Shown here: piece after piece, positions 34,617 to 35,713 of the stretch
Layout of the letters: each line of letters opens with the position of its first letter
Numbering within the stretch: the stretch's first letter is position 1
IMG/VR virus record: IMGVR_UViG_3300007735_000667
Location: 1-35,713 of that record
Source: a virus
Lineage: Duplodnaviria > Caudoviricetes
Strand: one strand, 5' to 3'
Length of the DNA stretch: 35,713 nt
Notes under the pieces: model-generated
The model's database searches: none
The model's input: the letters and a program-made list of their open reading frames with translations, nothing else
Told to the model about the DNA's origin: nothing
Made by a program: the position numbers and the translations under genes

Positions 34617-35003
34617 TTAAGCCAATGTTACTGTCAGGCTTCCTGATGCAATCTTGAAAATATCGCCTGTGTCGATGGTCTTAGATGCATCTAATGGTGT
34701 GTGATAAAACAGATTACCTGTTGTCAATGAATCCCAGATGCCGATATGCGTAATTGTTCCCCATGAGCCTGTAGCTTGTGGGAAGGTAATGTCAGCAGTT
34801 GTTGTAGATACACCATTGCTAGGTGCTCCAAATGTCGCTGACTGACGAGCATACGATCCACCGCTAACCTCTGTTCCTGATCCTGCATCTGTAGGATCTG
34901 CTGTATGCAGACTGACATAGACTGTAGCAGGTGAAGTAAAGGTGGTTGCTCTTAGAGTCGCATTGATTAGTGCATTCTCTAGGTAGTTTGACATTTCAGC
35001 CAT
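34617..35003 (-). CDS. Virion structural (tail-associated) protein
   Basis: SNYLENAL..YVSLHTADP..EVSGGSYARQ..WGTITHIGIWD..GN motif. Confidence 0.75.
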   Translation of the reverse strand: MAEMSNYLENALINATLRATTFTSPATVYVSLHTADPTDAGSGTEVSGGSYARQSATFGAPSNGVSTTTADITFPQATGSWGTITHIGIWDSLTTGNLFYHTPLDASKTIDTGDIFKIASGSLTVTLA

Positions 35004-35012
35004 TTTGATTCC

Positions 35013-35633
35013 TTATCGAGAGGTTACTTTCATTTGTAGAGGAACACCCGAATATTCACCATTTTGGTCAGCATTCGAGATATTGTTGATTGCTCTGTCA
35101 TACAAGGAAGCCCAAGTTTGACTGCGAGCATCATTGATTAGGTATGGCTCTGCTTCCAAAAGACTTGCATAGAGCAAGGCATCAGGATAATTAGCCAAGA
35201 ATACATTAGAGGCATTGCTGTCCGATAATACTGTCGGCTTGGCATAGTAAAGAATCTCTAATGTATAGTTTGTATCTGGCTCTGGAGCTAAGACAAACTC
35301 CGATGCCAAGATGGTGTAATACACAGGCTTTCCTGACTCATCTGCTGGTGCATCTCTTGTAAATGAACTAGGAGATAAGTAAGTTACAGGCATCCTTGGA
35401 TTGCCTTGAATATGGAGATCTCTGATCTCTAAGAAATCTGTAGGCAGAGCTACCTTGCCATCACCGCCTACTGTCGGAGCTGTAGCAGACTTAAGCATCT
35501 CTCTTGTGCGGAGATCCCTAGCCATTCTTAGCTCGGCAAATCGGATGAAATCAGGAATAACCGATGTTAGGTCTGACCGACCTAAATAGTTAGCCACCGA
35601 TGTCTTTAGATCGGAATAATTGGTATAAGGCAT
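35013..35633 (-). CDS. Head-tail adaptor / tail tubular protein A-like
   Basis: YSDLK..A.YL.R.DLT..IPDFI..AE, LPTDFLE and YPDALLYASL.EA.PYL.ND.R motifs. Confidence 0.75.
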   Translation of the reverse strand: MPYTNYSDLKTSVANYLGRSDLTSVIPDFIRFAELRMARDLRTREMLKSATAPTVGGDGKVALPTDFLEIRDLHIQGNPRMPVTYLSPSSFTRDAPADESGKPVYYTILASEFVLAPEPDTNYTLEILYYAKPTVLSDSNASNVFLANYPDALLYASLLEAEPYLINDARSQTWASLYDRAINNISNADQNGEYSGVPLQMKVTSR

Positions 35634-35713
35634 ATTTCTCTCTTAATCTTTTGGTATTTCGATATTGTGCCAGCCATACACATATTGACCAATGTGCTTT
35701 ATATACTTCGACA
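35587..35713. repeat. Terminal direct repeat, right copy
   Basis: Identical to 1-127. Confidence 0.95.

Overview
The window is a complete, circularly permuted genome of a tailed dsDNA phage, 35,586 bp unique. Bases 1-127 are repeated exactly at 35587-35713, which is most likely an assembly overlap. The architecture is podovirus-like (P22/SU10-type portal and capsid, tail adaptor and nozzle, ejection proteins, tail fibre with an S74 chaperone). A minus-strand late block runs from about 10480 through the packaging and head genes to position 1, then wraps from 35633 to 22047 through the tail and lysis genes. A divergent control region at about 17930-18070 separates two early arms. The leftward arm has a Cro-like HTH, nucleases, a replication-protein C-terminal domain, a PAPS-reductase-family gene and tRNA-Thr. 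The rightward arm has a Sak3/DUF1071 annealase, a YqaJ exonuclease and an SSB-like gene. I recognise no integrase, CI repressor, DNA polymerase, helicase or primase. A freshwater betaproteobacterial host is my impression from gene-family resemblance only. The main unexplained signals are: (1) a ~190-nt multi-hairpin non-coding element directly upstream of a small HNH gene; (2) a compact pseudoknot element at 21560-21630 next to a secreted 4-Cys peptide; (3) an ADP-ribosyltransferase-like gene split by one in-frame TAG; (4) a lambda pR'/tR'-like late switch; (5) glycosyltransferases and a methyltransferase among the virion genes. All product calls come from motifs recognised by eye; no searches were run.
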